A DNA stretch of 64,000 bases from Bispira polyomma (Eukaryota), in contig OZ287758.1 in NCBI GenBank assembly GCA_965649765.1, positions 3,348,001 through 3,412,000 of the forward strand, given 5' to 3'. The position numbers and the translations under genes were made by a program. The notes under the pieces are model-generated. The model did not search any database. It was not told where the DNA came from and worked only from the letters and a program-made list of their open reading frames with translations. This document shows, one piece after another, positions 49,401-59,460 of this stretch (its first letter is position 1; each line of letters begins with the position of its first letter).

Positions 49401-52400
49401 AAAAAGCACCCATCAACACATTTTTTCCCCCATTTTGTCAATCAGTCAATTATCACCAGATTGATCTAAAAATTTACGGACATCTATGCTTTGGTATTTG
49501 CAATGTGCATGCAAAATTTCATTGAACTATGACAAGTACTTCAAAAAAAAAGTTGATAAAAGTGCAAGATAGAGCAAAATACTCATTTGAAGTACTCAGT
49601 ACTCATGGAGTACTGGACTTTGAACTATGAGATTTTTACATCATTCATAAAATCAAAAAGTAGATGAATAACTTATACCAAGTAAAAGCCGAAATCTCAA
49701 CAGTTTCCGAGATAGCAAAAAAGTACCGATTTTTCGCATTTCAATAAAAATCAATCAGTCAATTATCATCCGATTAATCTCATCAGCGTCTCCCGTCCTG
49801 AAAATTGCCTTACCAAGGTACATACCAAATTTCATTAGCCTATGATGAATACTTTTTGAGAAAACCTAGTGACAAGCATTTTTACGTCCCCAGGGTCACC
49901 TGACATTTAAGTAGGCCAAAGTTCAAAGCCAAGAATATGAAAAAAATTTCCCACTCCTGGTTAAGAGAACTGCCAAAAATAATTTTGATGCAGATAATAT
50001 TGAAGGAGATATTCAAGGAAGACCATGCGGCGGCGGCGGCAGCGAGGAAACCAGGGGTGAAACCAAATAAGCGCCCTTTTCAAGGGACGCTTAATTACTA
50101 TTTAAATAGTAGGTCAAACTATTTGCTGCATATTTGAATATTTGGTTGTAATGATATCTAAAAAGAAGCCTTCAATTTATTATATATTATTTTAATTACT
50201 GAAGACAGTGTACGCAAATCTAATTTTTCCTAAAAATTATTATTTGCGGGTGAAAAAATCCCTGATTGTTCAAAATTAGCCTGGGTTTTGTTTGATATGT
50301 GGCTTTTGTTTTAGAAGGTCCCTAGTTTTTTTTCAACTATCTGAATAGTGCACTGACACAATCAGAATAGCAAATATTTGGTATTGTATTTCAGCCATAA
50401 CACTTTTAACTTTTAAAAGGCAAACTATTGACAGGATCCGAAGGAAATATAGACTTGTGTATAATTTGTTAACAATTTCCTTGTGCGAGTCACTAAAGAA
50501 AATAAAACAATACTTATGGGTGTCAAGTGCTTGCTGAATGACATAAGTCCTGGTTGTAACAAATACTGTCGACACTATAGGGGTTAAAGGGGTTAAAAAT
50601 ACAAAACTCTGAGTTAGAGTCAAAATGGTTAATAATACAAAACACGAGTTAGAGTTAAAGTAAAAAGGGTTAAAACACGAGTTCGAGTTAGAGTCAAAAG
50701 GGTTGATACACGAGTTAGAAGTTAAGAGTTAAAAGGGTTAATACACAAGTTAGAGTTAGAGTCAAAAGGGTTAATACACGAGTTAGAGTTAGAGTAAAAA
50801 GGGTTAATACACGAGTTAGAGTCAAAAGGGTTAATATACGAGTTAGAGTCAAAAGGGTTAATACACAAGTTAGAGTCAAAAGAGTCGATACACGAGTTAG
50901 AGTTAGAGTCAAAAGGGTTAATACACGAGTTAGAGTCAAAAGGGTCAATACACGAGTTAGAGGGTCAATACACAGTTAGAGTCAAAAGGGTTAATACACA
51001 GAGTTAGAGTGAAAAGGGTTAATACATGAGTTAGAGTCAAAAGGATTAATACACGAGTTAGAGTAAGAGTCAAAAGGGTTAATACACGAGTTAGAGTCAA
51101 AAGGGTTGATTCACAAGTTAGAGTTAGAGTCAAAAGGGTTGATTCACGAGTTAGAGTCCTTATTTCAGCCTTACTTTGTGTAGGGTACTTTGGGCTCTGA
51201 CTTGAGGAAGGCTCTGACCAGGGTCTGTGAACGGGCCCCATAACACCAGAATGTGGGCCAGTAGTGCTCACTCAGCAGGGGGCAGTGGGCGAGTAGCAGC
51301 TGTTTGAAGGCACCGTTAGCCACCACTCGAGGCTGCTGTAGTACATAACAAATTGTATAATTTATATACAACTAAAATTTTGTTTCATTTTGATTTCTAG
51401 TAATTACAAGATATATCAAGAAACAGTTATGTTATAATAACAAGAAACACAATTAATTTTTTTTCTTTAATGTATGACCTTGCATAGGCTTTCGTAATTA
51501 AACATATTGGTTTACATGTAAACAGCTCAAAAATGTCCAATTTCTGCCATTTTAGAAAATATATGTCATTAAATGCAGTCAGTGGCGATGAAGTTTTAGT
51601 CATCCTAAACTTTTTCGGAAAATATTTTGTATAGTCTTATATCATTAACTTAATAAACCATTTGAGGGCCTCGGTGTTGCAGTGGTAAGATACTCGCCTC
51701 CCACCTTCAAGGTTCTGGGTTCAAATTTCTGGCCAGACCTTAAGTGCTATAAACTATTGACATAATATGCTCTATACTGTGAGCGTTTTTACAGATCTTA
51801 AAGGAATAGAGTCACACCTAATGATTGCACTACTGGTGCTGTAACAGTTAAGCCCCACCCTTAATATATTTGTTAAGATCTCTGAGAAGCATTGATATCT
51901 TATATTGATATTCCTGACAAATAATGGGTGGCCCTTAACTGTTAGTGGTGACAGACCGATTAATACCTGTGTACCAATCAATGCCCACCTTATAAATAAT
52001 TGCAAAAAAAACTTTCACAATGATCTAAACACAAGCAATTATCATGAGTGTATCATATTGTGTTTGCATTACGAAAATGGGATTTGAAGTAAATATTCAC
52101 TGTTTTAATCTGGGTTGGCATTGTTTGGTACTCGGGCATTAACTGGTCTGCCACAGCTCACTACAGCACCAGTACAATAGACAGCTCGCCCCACATTTTA
52201 AAAAGACAGCCTGGAAGTGATGCACATTTATATAATAGAAGCATTTATATAGCGCAAAATTGATAAAAATCCTCTAAAGTGCTGAATTCCAAAAAAGGAT
52301 TGTCCATTATCAAGCGAAGGTCGTTACCAAGTGAGCGCTAACCAGGAAGCAACTAAAGTGGGGGATATGCCAGTCTAAACAAGTGAGTCTTGAGCTGGCT

Positions 52401-55400
52401 TTGAAAACCTGATAGTGTCTGCTGGGATCTGATATTTTCTGGCAACCTGTTCCATTCTGCCGGTGCCACAACAGCAAAGCTGCGCCTTCCAATTTTTCGT
52501 TCAGGGTGAAGTGAAACAGATAGTCTTTTTCCACGTGTGAGGCTGCTGGACTTGATTAAGGAAGATAGGTAGGGAGGTTGGAAATAGTTAATAGCCTTGA
52601 AGACTAGCAGGTTGTACTTGAAAAGGATACGCTGTTGAATGGGAAGCCAGTGGAGTTTTTGAAGGTAGGGGGTGACATGACTGAATCTGTTAAGCCTGTA
52701 AACAAACCGACAAAGAGCACTTTAGACTCTCTGGAGTTTGCCAATATTAGCCTTACTGACCCTATATAGTAAAGAGTTGCAGTAGTCCAAGCGACTACTG
52801 ACCATAACATTTGCCACCAGAACTGCAGTATCAGCACTAAGGAATCTACGTATTTATCGCAAGTCACGTAGATGATAGTAACAGACACGGCAAACTTTGG
52901 CAATATGGTTGTTAAAGGAGTTGTCCGAGTCGAAGATGACACCCATGTTCTTTACCTCCGCTGACAGAGTGATATTGTCTTGAAGAAATGAAATAGGCAA
53001 TTTTGGTGTAAGTGACTGTGGTGGGTTTGTTACCTATAATAATGAACACTATTTTATCTGGGTTGAGTTTTAATTTTGCACAATCCATCCACTCCTGGAG
53101 TGATTTTAAACGGTCAGTAAGCTTGGTATATCTGTGTGTCATCAGCATACAGGTGATCGGTAACATTAAACTTTGAAATGACTTGACTGAGGGGGGCAGT
53201 GTACAGAGTAAAAAGCAAAGGACCTAAGACAGAACCTTGGGGAACACCGAAGGGGAGCAAAAAGACCCCAGGAAAACTGCTACCAATTTTGATCTTTTGT
53301 TTACGGTCTAGGAGGTAGGATTTGATCCACAGCAATGCAGTCCCATCAATTCTAAACCAGTGGGCAATAATTAAGTAAATTTATGTAAATTAGACTGTTC
53401 TGTCATCGTAGAGAGCACTGAAAGGTACTAACTCCATACAAGGATATATTTCACTGTTCAGACCTTAAATGTGTTTGTATATTTTAACATTTTATCATCT
53501 CTAAATTAAAATATAGCTAAAATTTTCACGAAGAACATAACTTTTTTATGTGAAATCAGTTATTTGCTTTAATAAATATATTGTTATATCCTCCGTGCAC
53601 CGTAAAACAAAGACGTAAGCAAGCTGTAAGAAAGTAACTGATCAAAATTTATACCTTAGAAAAATATATACATTTTAATATTCAAATCAGTTTATATAAT
53701 GCTCTTGATTAATTATACTAACAATATTTCTATTTTCTACCAATAAAAATTGCTGTGTTACATCTTTAAACCAAAGGAAAAGGCCATTCGTTGATCCGGG
53801 AGCCCCTCGATATCACATACACAGACTATATCATATATAGGGTGCCAAAGTTATTATTATTATCGATATTTAACGCGCTTCATTGATGCTAGGCATCTTC
53901 TAAAGCGCAACAGCAGAATCATTGGTCCAATCATTAAGTCCATGGACATTGCAAAGTCGTAAGGAAGAAAGTGGGAGCATGCACGAGGGAAGCTAAGGTG
54001 GGTAGGCAAGGTTAAAAAGATAGGTTTTAAGCGTTTTCCTAAAACCAATAAGTGTGTCAACGGATCTGAGGTCAACTGGGAGACTGTTCCACAACTGTGG
54101 AGCTGCAGTGGCGAGCGCTCTGAATCTCGCCTTTCTGATTGGTCTGACCGAAGAGACAGAGAGTCTGTTGCCTCTCTTGCAGTTACTGAAGGAGAGAAGG
54201 GAGGCAAGGTAGGGGGGGCTGTTGAGTGACTACAGCCTTAAAAATAGTAACGTGAATCTCCGTACAAGAGAGAGTTGCATTAGTCGAGGCGGCTACTCAC
54301 AAGGACATTTGCCACAGTTATCGCTGTGTCCATGGACAGGTGGTTTCTGATTCTTTTGATGTCATGTATATCGTAATAGCATGACCGACAGATGTTGGCA
54401 ATATGAGTGTCGAACGAAAAAGCTGAATTAAAAGTGACACCCAAGTTTTTGGCATTATCGGAAAGTACTATGTCTTTTTCCAGCAAGGAGATGAGAAACA
54501 AAGATTTTAGAGTTTCACTGTTTTTCTTGTTTCCTATGAGGATGAATTCTGTTTCGTCTGGGTTAAGTTTTAGTTTGGAGTAGTTCATCCACGCCTGGAC
54601 ATCAGACAGACAGTCTATGTTTGTATTTGCATTTTGTGAATTGAGAGAGAGATAGACTTGAGTGTCGTCTGCATACATGTGGTGTTTTATATTGTGTTTA
54701 TTGATGACAGTGCTAAGAGGATGTGTATAAAGGGTGAAAAGTAGAGCGCCAAGGACGGATCCCTGGGGTACTCCATATGGTAGCTTTATGGAAGATGATA
54801 GGTGATCATCTAATTTAATTCTTTGTGCCCTGAAAGTAAGGTAGGATCTGATCCATTTAAGGATACTGCCATTTATACCAAATCACTGCTTGAGAGTGTC
54901 ACAGAGCAGGACATGATCAATAGTGTCGAATGCAGCTGAGAGATCCAGAAGGGTGAGGGCCACTGTGTCGTTACGGTCCAGTGCAAGATTGATGTCATTG
55001 CTGATGGAAAAAGGGCACTTTCTGTAGAGTGGAATTTATTTAACTTGGACTTTGAACTGTTAGTCATCCAAGCTGCAAAGTCTATTCTGGGAGAGCATGT
55101 TTCCTGCAAACAGTGTGTTTACCATTTAACTTGGAGGAAAATTCAGGAACACGGATTAACCAATCTTTATAAAGAAGATGAGACAATTAGGCACTTCTGT
55201 GGTATAATTGATGGCCTTGCTTTTTTACTAGAAGCTAAAGTTTGTGAAGAAATGATCTTCTTAAAAGAAAATACCCCAGACAAACTTGAACCTCCAGTAG
55301 ACTACTTCGATACCATGTATGTAGCAGGCTCATTCAGAAGAATTCAGCTTCCTGCCACTACCAGAAACCAAGGACCACCACCCATGAGGATCAGAAGAGT

Positions 55401-58353
55401 CCCTCCACTGGTATACGTCTATTTGCCCCCCGTCCATTTGCCCCCTTTTTTACAGGGACCATCATTTGCCCCCTTTTTTTATAGGGTGTGTGTCGAATAC
55501 CCCCCTTTTCCCCCAAAACATAGTAAAAAAAAAGAAAATTATATTTCAAAAAAATACAAACATCAGAAAAACCATTACCAAAACTTATATGCATATGTGT
55601 CCCTGGTAGGATAATATGTGATACTTTTAGTGTTTCTTCAACTGATTGAAGTTATGACAGGATTACCCCTTTATCTTAATAGTCCTGAGTCCTTAAATTT
55701 GCAGCTCCTAAGCATACATGAAAAGCTCATATACCAGATGAATGAGTAGCTATACCCTTTGAATTAAATTATCCTATGTACACCTAAGAAGGCAAATCTG
55801 TTTCAAGACAAAGTGCAAAGAAGACAATAATCCTACCTGAGTAGCTAAGCGCCCTTTATCTTAATAGTTGTAAGCACACATGAAAGGAACGTTTAGTGAA
55901 TAGTGAGTAACTATAACAGTTAAAAAAGGGCAAAAGAAAGCAAAAATATTTTAGGGAAAAAGGGGGCATTTGACACACCCCCTGTAAAAAAGGGGGCAAA
56001 TGGTAGCCTCTGTAAAAAAAGGGGGGATATGGGTAGGGAGCAAATGATATACAATCCCCTCCACCATTCCCACCCAAGATGTGAAATGTTCATTCTGTTA
56101 TTGTTGAAGATGGCCACAAATAACATCTGTGAAGGATGGAATAACAGCTTCAGACATATGGTTGCATACAATCGCCCTTCAATATAGACCCTTATAGAAT
56201 GCATCAAGAAAGATGCCACCACCACTGAAACAGCTATTGAATTAGAGGGGCGTGGAGACCGAATGCTGAGAGGTGCAAGTTAACTAGACTTGTAAACACA
56301 TATTTAATATTATATCCATTGGGTATTTAGACTGATTAGCTACAGGTATATCAAAAGACATTTTGAATTATTTTTTCTACTCTTATGGGCATTTACAATA
56401 TTTGTACTGATATTTTTATCAATAAGTTTTAATAATGTTAAAATACTGATGTGCTTCTTTACAAATTAATGTGTCACTTTCTATCTCTGCATACACACAA
56501 ATAAAAGCAGAAAATATGTTGACTGTTTTTGCCTTTTTTTACCATCACAAAGTTGTCTAAAACCGGTTTAAACCAAGTTTCTGACACTGTCTTGACAAAA
56601 AAATGGTGATTCATACATATCCTTTTCTCGCCTTAGAAGAATATCGATATTATATTTATTCCTTATATGTTACTTGGCATGGGGGATATTCATATTATTC
56701 ATGCTATTTGTTAAATTCCTAGTATTTCATTCAAACCTTTTTATCAACCTTAGTTGTTTACACATTGTTCCCTGTTATCATCAGTCTGTCATACTACACT
56801 CTAGAGCAAGATTTCTGTCCTCGTCAATGCATTGATTTTTACTGATGGTACACATGGCAAGGGAGAAAGCAGTTACCATTAGCAAAACTTCACAAATCTG
56901 ACATAGTACGTTATTATGTTCTTTTCAAAGGCAATATCTGGAAATATTTTCAAATAATGATACTAAACAAGTAATTTTAGGTTAGCCATAAGTTATAATA
57001 TTGTGTACGGCTATTAGATTAATCTTTGTATGGTTGTGCTATGTTATTTCGACATATTAAACTTACGGCATATCACATTTGCACTCATTATTAAACAATA
57101 ACATCGTCATTACAGCCATTTTAATTAAATATAATATTTTTCATTGAATATCTGTTTGTATATTAAAATAGTAAATTAAAATTGTCAAAACTGCTGGTAC
57201 TCCCATCGATTTTCGCCATATCTTAAAATCCAACTTCATTTCTCCGCTATTTTGTTGTTGACACTGACACTTTATTGATTCAACATAATGAAGAAAACCT
57301 ATAATGTATGAAGTCATAGTCTTATATTACACATGTTTTTTTAAAAAATATTTTATATGAATGCATATATTCTCGTTTATAAATTTCAATGATGAAATAC
57401 TGCCTCATATGAGCACATGTTCCCTAGTTTCCAAAGCACTCACTACATGGCAGCAAATACAAAAATGAGAAAGTAAATAAAAGAATATAAAAACTCTAGC
57501 TGTCCCTAGCCGTGCGTACCATCACGAAAATCAAGAAATCAGCCACGGGACAGAAACTGTCTATCAACATATTTTATTTTTCTCTTAAAATGAACTTGGT
57601 ATGCATAATTTAATATCGAGGATGAGCTGAAATAAGCAAATTCATAGTTCCGAGTGCACACGCGTAGTTCAACGGAAGTGAACATGTTTGGTGCACATAA
57701 ACAAATGAACTTATATGACTTTGCAAAATATATTAAAATGTTAATTCTCAGTCATTATTCCAGATAATGGCCTCAGATTTGGATATATGATGCATAACTA
57801 TTGCATGTTTGTTTGTAAATATATTTACTTTTTCATTAAAGGATAACATTCCCATTGAACTTTTATACAAGTATGATATTTTGCAAAATAAAAATACCGA
57901 TTATTAATTATTTATACTGAAAATACTGCAGGTGAAAATTTCACAAAAATATAATGAGAAAGCTTATTATATTGTGATTAATATGAGATTTTTTGCATCA
58001 AAAGCCCTTGCGAAATGACTGAGATATTAAATTTTAAATACGGGTACCCATGTTAAATTGGCTGTTGGCTGCACATTTGCCGTATGCAGGTGCTTCTTGT
58101 TTATGTGCCGTATATAAGACCGGAAGATTGTAACTACGGCTGCGCAATCGGTTTTACGAACTAGCTTATTTCAGAGGCGTACTAAATCAGGATTTCCCAA
58201 AATCCGAACATGACTGAATAAGCAGAAATTTCAACTCACATGCACGACGTACAGGGCATAGTAGACGCTGTAAGCCGCACAAAGAGATGCACCCAACAGA
58301 GAGATGTTAATCTTATTAAACATAATGTCCTCAACGAACTTTACAATAACCAT
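31222..58353 (-). CDS. ABHD3: ABHD1/ABHD3-like alpha/beta hydrolase (phospholipase), 10 exons, 398 aa; exons 58353-58240, 51335-51175, 48198-48077, 47507-47447, 36963-36918, 36255-36143, 35350-35177, 34552-34504, 32962-32797, 31412-31222
   Basis: Phase-consistent GT-AG exons summing to 1197 nt. N-terminal TM segment, DGGHVALDW, LPGLTGSSQESY, VVFNNRG, nucleophile GVSLGG, acid DDPF and His in GGHIGF. ABHD1 versus ABHD3 orthology cannot be resolved here. Confidence 0.9.
32797..32962 (-). CDS. ABHD3: ABHD exon 9 (catalytic Asp)
   Basis: SQRVRDFDDRFIAKQFGYPSWREYYEDMSLHVKVHEIQTPLLALNAYDDPFAPGD. Confidence 0.92.
34504..34552 (-). CDS. ABHD3: ABHD exon 8
   Basis: KYRGHFEDDYDWEFLME; tttcag acceptor, gtttgt donor; phase 2 to 0 as required. 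Confidence 0.8.
35177..35350 (-). CDS. ABHD3: ABHD exon 7
   Basis: IILSNYLTHRGRDSGLLAAFTMSTAWNPFETSKSLEEPINHFLFNSHLCNDLKAMVT. Confidence 0.9.
36143..36255 (-). CDS. ABHD3: ABHD exon 6 (catalytic Ser)
   Basis: TPKTYCATKTEDLRAVIGHITQKYPKAPVIAAGVSLG. Confidence 0.92.
36918..36963 (-). CDS. ABHD3: ABHD exon 5
   Basis: SVVFNNRGNGGAELK. Confidence 0.88.
37411..38340 (+). pseudogene. gag-like ORF of the YR retrotransposon, frameshifted at ~37993
   Basis: LMQD continues as TELSLPTAKKAHAIVLTEIEKGKISW in the next frame; ends with CRFFNKNMC...H...HACSFC...H...C finger. Confidence 0.75.
38039..41806 (+). CDS. gag C-terminus, long low-complexity region, reverse transcriptase and RNase H of the YR retrotransposon (RT YxDD mutated to YIND)
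   Basis: RVIIDLS, KVDLKRAFR, LPFG, YINDF; RNase H VDAS, HFEMAN, WCDN, HIKGEDNTYADILSR. Confidence 0.88.
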   Translation: MTEIEKGKISWDQVELIDKVRARATQRLATPQTYATKQSGGTNDSSKTEICRFFNKNMCKFQADHVKDGVMYSHACSFCFKTVGRKIEHRAINCMRQKKVVTVQTSPRNRFNIVTRPTSQIMSNNAFNRTQAINGVTVYSEVLNVNVDDYDKVICSEMNTCDKNQLSVNKIEQNSISRKCSKRQYVKGKVTYINTNDHTMYSAGSKCHNVLCSCYTQPRGINNIAQVGCKQGECGMCMNVVCSCYVQPRAWGKCHVGHMQGACKNCMYDKSTNNHEILRPNNNVLRTQCVCRNTEVSYMLYRDLTDEKHVCSQDNYDSTNKSNNIVHTSIDICKHDNSSQNGNIETVVHNHNEHATASFIYDNDQVHVVSNTGVLAMCRNEYIGHTRVNMGNNASSSQKSNIETTVGNYQEHAGATFTYNTDQVHIVSYTGVLCQNKCSEETQQQNFLMTSFNESVIMGSIQLPQTCNNTRSNYNALEYTSLTAQTTTGSIKLPQGCKNTPSDYNALVYTSFTAQTTTCTMSAHVHIQGHTAYNSSSISNKVFSQETSLLVYTTTHSNVVCTGTIFNTTAFSDCTDQLDGNGFSGINMCNDTSALCTLGQDFTGNIRDTYSYNNIYSYTTRPSSAELELQTSDITKKSMEVAIISSNLTVNLNMEHVNNIQKKDTGIGSTSSNRDVSVVYGFNWLQKPHHITCSEYNVLQYDNLQEWVIKAHNAVKSTNIPNYKGARLLVPSQLKIREWRSLFKNYKYNIICDFIAYGFPLDMDYSSFVYNTHITNHKSASLAIEGVDTYFSTEIKYEAIVGPYKEYPFTKTHVSPIMARPKLDGSTRVIIDLSWPHGASVNDSVTKDVYMGIGYKLTYPTVDNIVKRIIQVGDNALIYKVDLKRAFRNMRIDPLDYPVLGLHWKNKQYVDIALPFGFRTGSGICQPITNSIRHLMKTQNHWLVNYINDFIGVEDPAYAQGAYNALLTLLEKLGLPISASKLESPKNEVTCMGININVTEGKLTIPQEKIRQVKQMCQQWAYKSTATKNQLQKLTGKLLYIHRCVKPARLFVNRILQTLRAAPAKGTINLATEFHRDINWFNSFPDIFNGSVEIHRESSRVTDNIFVDASLFAVGAKFNQEVYTLNIPQHFRNYLTIVHFEMANIVLALRNWASSLSKRWVTIWCDNLAVVNVLNFHRTKDPFLMASARTVWLIMASYDINITFKHIKGEDNTYADILSRWPNYNMNTNNSYVRVLYQCQWCKPQEKWLEPNWLI
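42083..43058 (+). pseudogene. Tyrosine recombinase of the retrotransposon, frameshifted (~42620-42710)
   Basis: ALRPRTSSAY, FFGFFRLASL (catalytic Arg), HAFRRSGAS (HxxR), HGNWRSDAIWAH (expected catalytic Tyr replaced by His). Confidence 0.85.
43630..44610 (+). mobile_element. L2/CR1-group LINE 3' fragment
   Basis: WMAANKLKLNPEKTEF, LVSSRLDYCNSL, HITPVLKSLHWL, FRSKLKTYLF; ends in an (ATTAG)n tail. Confidence 0.88.
46080..46457. mobile_element. Harbinger-like MITE
   Basis: Terminal IR GC(T/C)(G/A)TGGTCACACT ... AGTGTGACCATGGC. Confidence 0.55.
47447..47507 (-). CDS. ABHD3: ABHD exon 4
   Basis: GSSQESYLLHFVDQATRLGYR; aacag acceptor, gtgagt donor. Confidence 0.9.
48077..48198 (-). CDS. ABHD3: ABHD exon 3
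   Basis: EFLPMEDGGHVALDWVENEDSPLYRDSVSRPTVVLLPGLT. Confidence 0.92.
48328..48581 (+). mobile_element. tRNA-derived SINE, same family as 17543
   Basis: Near-identical to the 17543 copy; 13-bp TSD TCTATG(T/A)CGATGT. Confidence 0.88.
48644..50096 (+). mobile_element. Helentron-associated (HINE/DINE-like) non-autonomous element with internal ~143-bp tandem repeats
   Basis: Subterminal IR AAGCGTCCC (48675) / GGGACGCTT (50084), 3' hairpin TAAGCGCCCTT..AAGGGACGCTTA, (GCG)n microsatellite ~50027, four ~143-bp repeats 48760-49250. Confidence 0.65.
50575..51157. repeat. ~27-33-bp minisatellite (AGAGTCAAAAGGGTTAATACACGAGTT with variable AGAGTT)
   Basis: Direct tandem repetition. Confidence 0.9.
51175..51335 (-). 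CDS. ABHD3: ABHD exon 2
   Basis: QPRVVANGAFKQLLLAHCPLLSEHYWPTFWCYGARSQTLVRAFLKSEPKVPYT; tacag acceptor, gtaagg donor. Confidence 0.9.
52230..53362 (-). mobile_element. L2-group LINE 3' fragment (frameshifted RT)
   Basis: GVPQGSVLGPLLFTLY, HLYADDTQIY, KLKLNPDK. Confidence 0.88.
53855..55040 (-). mobile_element. L2-group LINE fragment with internal deletion
   Basis: LDLSAAFDTIDH, MYADDTQVY, LVSSRLD; (AAT)n tail at ~53850. Confidence 0.85.
55045..56250 (+). mobile_element. Mutator-like (MULE) transposase remnant interrupted by a MITE
   Basis: DFE...CVYHL..W (DDE region, CxxH); after the insertion FPPKM*NVH...NNICEGWNNSF, matching the TNNxxEGWxN motif of animal MULEs. Confidence 0.75.
55410..56057. 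mobile_element. Non-autonomous TIR element (MULE-like MITE)
   Basis: Subterminal ATTTGCCCCCTTTTTT repeats at left, inverted copies at right; flanked by a CCTCCAC(T/C) duplication of 8-9 bp. Confidence 0.7.
58240..58353 (-). CDS. ABHD3: ABHD exon 1 (start codon and TM anchor)
   Basis: MVIVKFVEDIMFNKINISLLGASLCAAYSVYYALYVVH then gtgagt donor, phase 0 into QPRVVANG. Confidence 0.75.
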
Positions 58354-58379
58354 ATCTTAAAGTGTCCTGTTTTTTAACC

Positions 58380-58604
58380 TCGTACATGAAGTTTCAGGAA
58401 GTAAACAAATCGGCTGTCAAAATATTACCTTGACCTTAGGAACGTAATAAAACTGCGGGTGCACACTAACTTACAATGTTTCGGTTGCATCTAAATAACA
58501 ACAAAAAAATCGGTCTTCAGTGGGTTTTCACGACGTTAGGTTACCCGGAAGTAGCGCCATCTTGGAGGGACTCCACGGTGTTTTAAGGAAGTTTACCCAA
58601 GAAG
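58380..58604. promoter_or_regulatory. Putative bidirectional housekeeping promoter (ETS + YY1 motifs)
   Basis: CCGGAAGTAGCGCCATCTTGG at ~58545-58565 (ETS CCGGAAGT abutting YY1 GCCATCTT), lying between the ABHD ATG (58353, -) and a divergent + strand exon. Confidence 0.55.
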
Positions 58605-58716
58605 GTAGATTTACTGTAATAAATAACATTACGTTATTTAAAACAAACAAAAGTTCGAAGCAGTATATTTGTCTTAGTTTCATCATTTTTTTTAATATTT
58701 TACAGGTTTATTTGTC

Positions 58717-58795
58717 ATGAAGTTGCAAGAAATCTTGTATTATCGTCCATATACGAAGAGAAACAAACCAGATGTCAAAATATGCAAATTCTCAG
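58717..58795 (+). CDS. Probable first coding exon of an unidentified divergent gene (MKLQEILYYRPYTKRNKPDVKICKFS)
   Basis: Upstream donor AAG|gtagat (58605), strong acceptor ttttacag (58705), gtcATG, donor CAG|gtatta (58796); no later exons recognised in the window. Confidence 0.45.
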
Positions 58796-58952
58796 GTATT
58801 ATTCCATATAATGGCTTTAAACTTTGACATACGATGCAAAAGTATAAATTCTTTATAAAAAGATTAGCTTTATTGTTAAAGAATGATGTTCCCATTCAAC
58901 TTTTGTAAAATTACCCTACAGTATTCTCATCCAAGTTTTGTGGTTAATGTTA

Positions 58953-59460
58953 CGGGCCATTTCTACAGCAGGCACTCCCTTGAAGGTTTGCCGTTTTGAC
59001 ACCAAACCCTATTGTTCACTTAGCGTGGCCGTTTTGACACCTAAAGAACTATTCTTAAGAATTATTCAAACAAAATCACTATTTCTTGCTTGATTTTAAC
59101 CAATAAGGTATCATTTTAAAGTGTACAACATAGGGAACTACCGATGGATCAAACAAATACACAGAAAATCAAAATTAAAATTAATTTCATGAAATTTAAT
59201 TTAACATAAGTTTACCAGGAATTTACTTAATAAACCAGCTATAGTTAGGTAATATTAAAATCTCTGTGTTTTAAGCTTACAAATGATATCTTATTTGTTA
59301 AAATCAAGCAAGAAATGATGATTAAATTAAAATAAACCTTAAACATTTATTTTTGGGGTGTCGAAACGGCCACGCTAAGTAAGCACCAATGCAAATATAT
59401 GAGGGTGTCAAAACGGTCGCTCTAGCCGATTCGAAATGGCGAGGGTGTCGAAATGGCCCC
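58953..59460. mobile_element. Foldback MITE with long inverted arms
   Basis: GGGCCATTTC/GAAATGGCCC termini; CTTAGCGTGGCCGTTT/AAACGGCCACGCTAAG; CTTGCTTGATTTTAAC/GTTAAAATCAAGCAAG. Confidence 0.75.

Noticed and set aside
50715-51271. Thr/Leu-rich ORFs
   Set aside because: Translation of the minisatellite
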